In this document: positions 31,917 through 32,461 of the stretch, one piece after another
How positions within the stretch are numbered: position 1 is the first letter of the stretch
Layout: the number at the start of each line of letters is the position of its first letter
Source of the DNA: Macrostomum lignano
Taxonomy: Eukaryota
Reading direction: 5' to 3'
Assembly (NCBI GenBank): GCA_002269645.1
Contig: NIVC01003810.1
Location: 1-32,461, forward strand
Length of the DNA: 32,461 nt
Notes under the pieces: generated by a model
Told to the model about the DNA's origin: nothing
The model's input: only the letters and a program-made list of their open reading frames with translations
Databases searched by the model: none
Translations under genes and position numbers: made by a program

Positions 31917-32350
31917 TTAAAAGTTTCCCGAAGCCTTCGATGGGCAGACAGAGGCCTTGTGCCCCCGCCCAGAGCACTTGTGCAGATGATCGGACCCGGC
32001 TGTTTCTCTCGCTGCTGACATTGCGCTGCACGGTGTCCGAGCTGGCCGCATTTGAAGCAGCCGCCTCCTCGCTGTTGACGGCGACGCCGAGTGTCGGTAC
32101 CCGACTGTACGCTGACCCTCGCGATGAGCTCCTCCATGCGTTTCTCCAGTCGTCCAGGCGGTCCTCGCTTGGTTCTGCCGATGATGTAGCGCTGACGGCT
32201 CTGACTGCCGCCACCGACTGTCGCCCAGCCAGCTCCTCCAGCCGGCGCCCCGCTGCAGCAGAGTCTCCAGGCTGGAGGTCTCTGCGACCTCTGCCTTAAG
32301 CAGGTTGTCACGAATTTCGGCCTTGACAGCTTCAGAAGCTTGAAGCGCAC
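31917..32350 (-). pseudogene. gypsy gag C-terminal part with zinc knuckles (frameshifted)
   Basis: CFKCGQLGHRAAQC (CX2CX4HX4C). A second knuckle, C.KCSGRGHKASVC, is restored by adding 1 nt near 31981. Confidence 0.8.
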
Positions 32351-32461
32351 ATCTCGGTCTCGCTGAACAATTGAGTCCTCCGGTCTGGCTTTCTGGCTGT
32401 AGCAGCTTCAGTTAAAGCCAGAGCTCAACGCAGTGTCTCGGTATCTCCACGTTTTTTTCGC

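Larger units (their letters stand above)
28929..32461 (-). mobile_element. Ty3/gypsy LTR retrotransposon (3' part), internally deleted and frameshifted, runs off the window
   Basis: 3' LTR 28929-29137 (TGTAGGG...CTCTTACA on minus), PPT GGGGGAGAG at 29141-29149, and order gag-PR-(RT remnant)-RNaseH-IN. Confidence 0.93.

Noticed and set aside
29474-32299. Many 60-150 aa plus-strand ORFs over the gypsy, and minus-strand ORFs over the BEL
   Set aside because: Antisense shadows of GC-rich retroelement coding sequence, with no recognisable motifs.

Overview
Eukaryotic (animal) genomic DNA, intron-containing and transposon-rich. It may be a flatworm such as Macrostomum; that is an inference from sequence style only. 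Left to right: (1) three spliced exons of a METTL2/Trm140-type tRNA m3C methyltransferase (+). Each of its introns holds a different tandem repeat, one intron is probably GC-AG, and a 60-bp repeat duplicates the stop-codon region. (2) A decayed, apparently intronless cysteine-rich (GCC2/GCC3-like) pseudogene. (3) A full-length BEL/Pao LTR retrotransposon (8911-16012) with 306-bp LTRs, a 6-bp TSD, a tRNA-iMet PBS and a disrupted ORF. (4) A head-to-head pair of glycosyltransferase family 92 (DUF23) genes. Copy 1 (-) has all four exons but a 1-nt frameshift; copy 2 (+) shows only exons 1-2 in the window. Their promoters and first exons form a ~485-bp-arm palindrome that is nearly identical centrally, while exon 2 is only ~60% identical at protein level. 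Both carry a mirror-image 19-bp satellite in intron 2. (5) Intronic insertions: a CORE-SINE, gypsy integrase debris, an LTR with a tRNA-Leu PBS, LINE fragments, and an RT-deleted Ty3/gypsy element with a reconstructable -1 frameshift signal. All identities come from manual motif recognition and manual alignment; no database searches were run.
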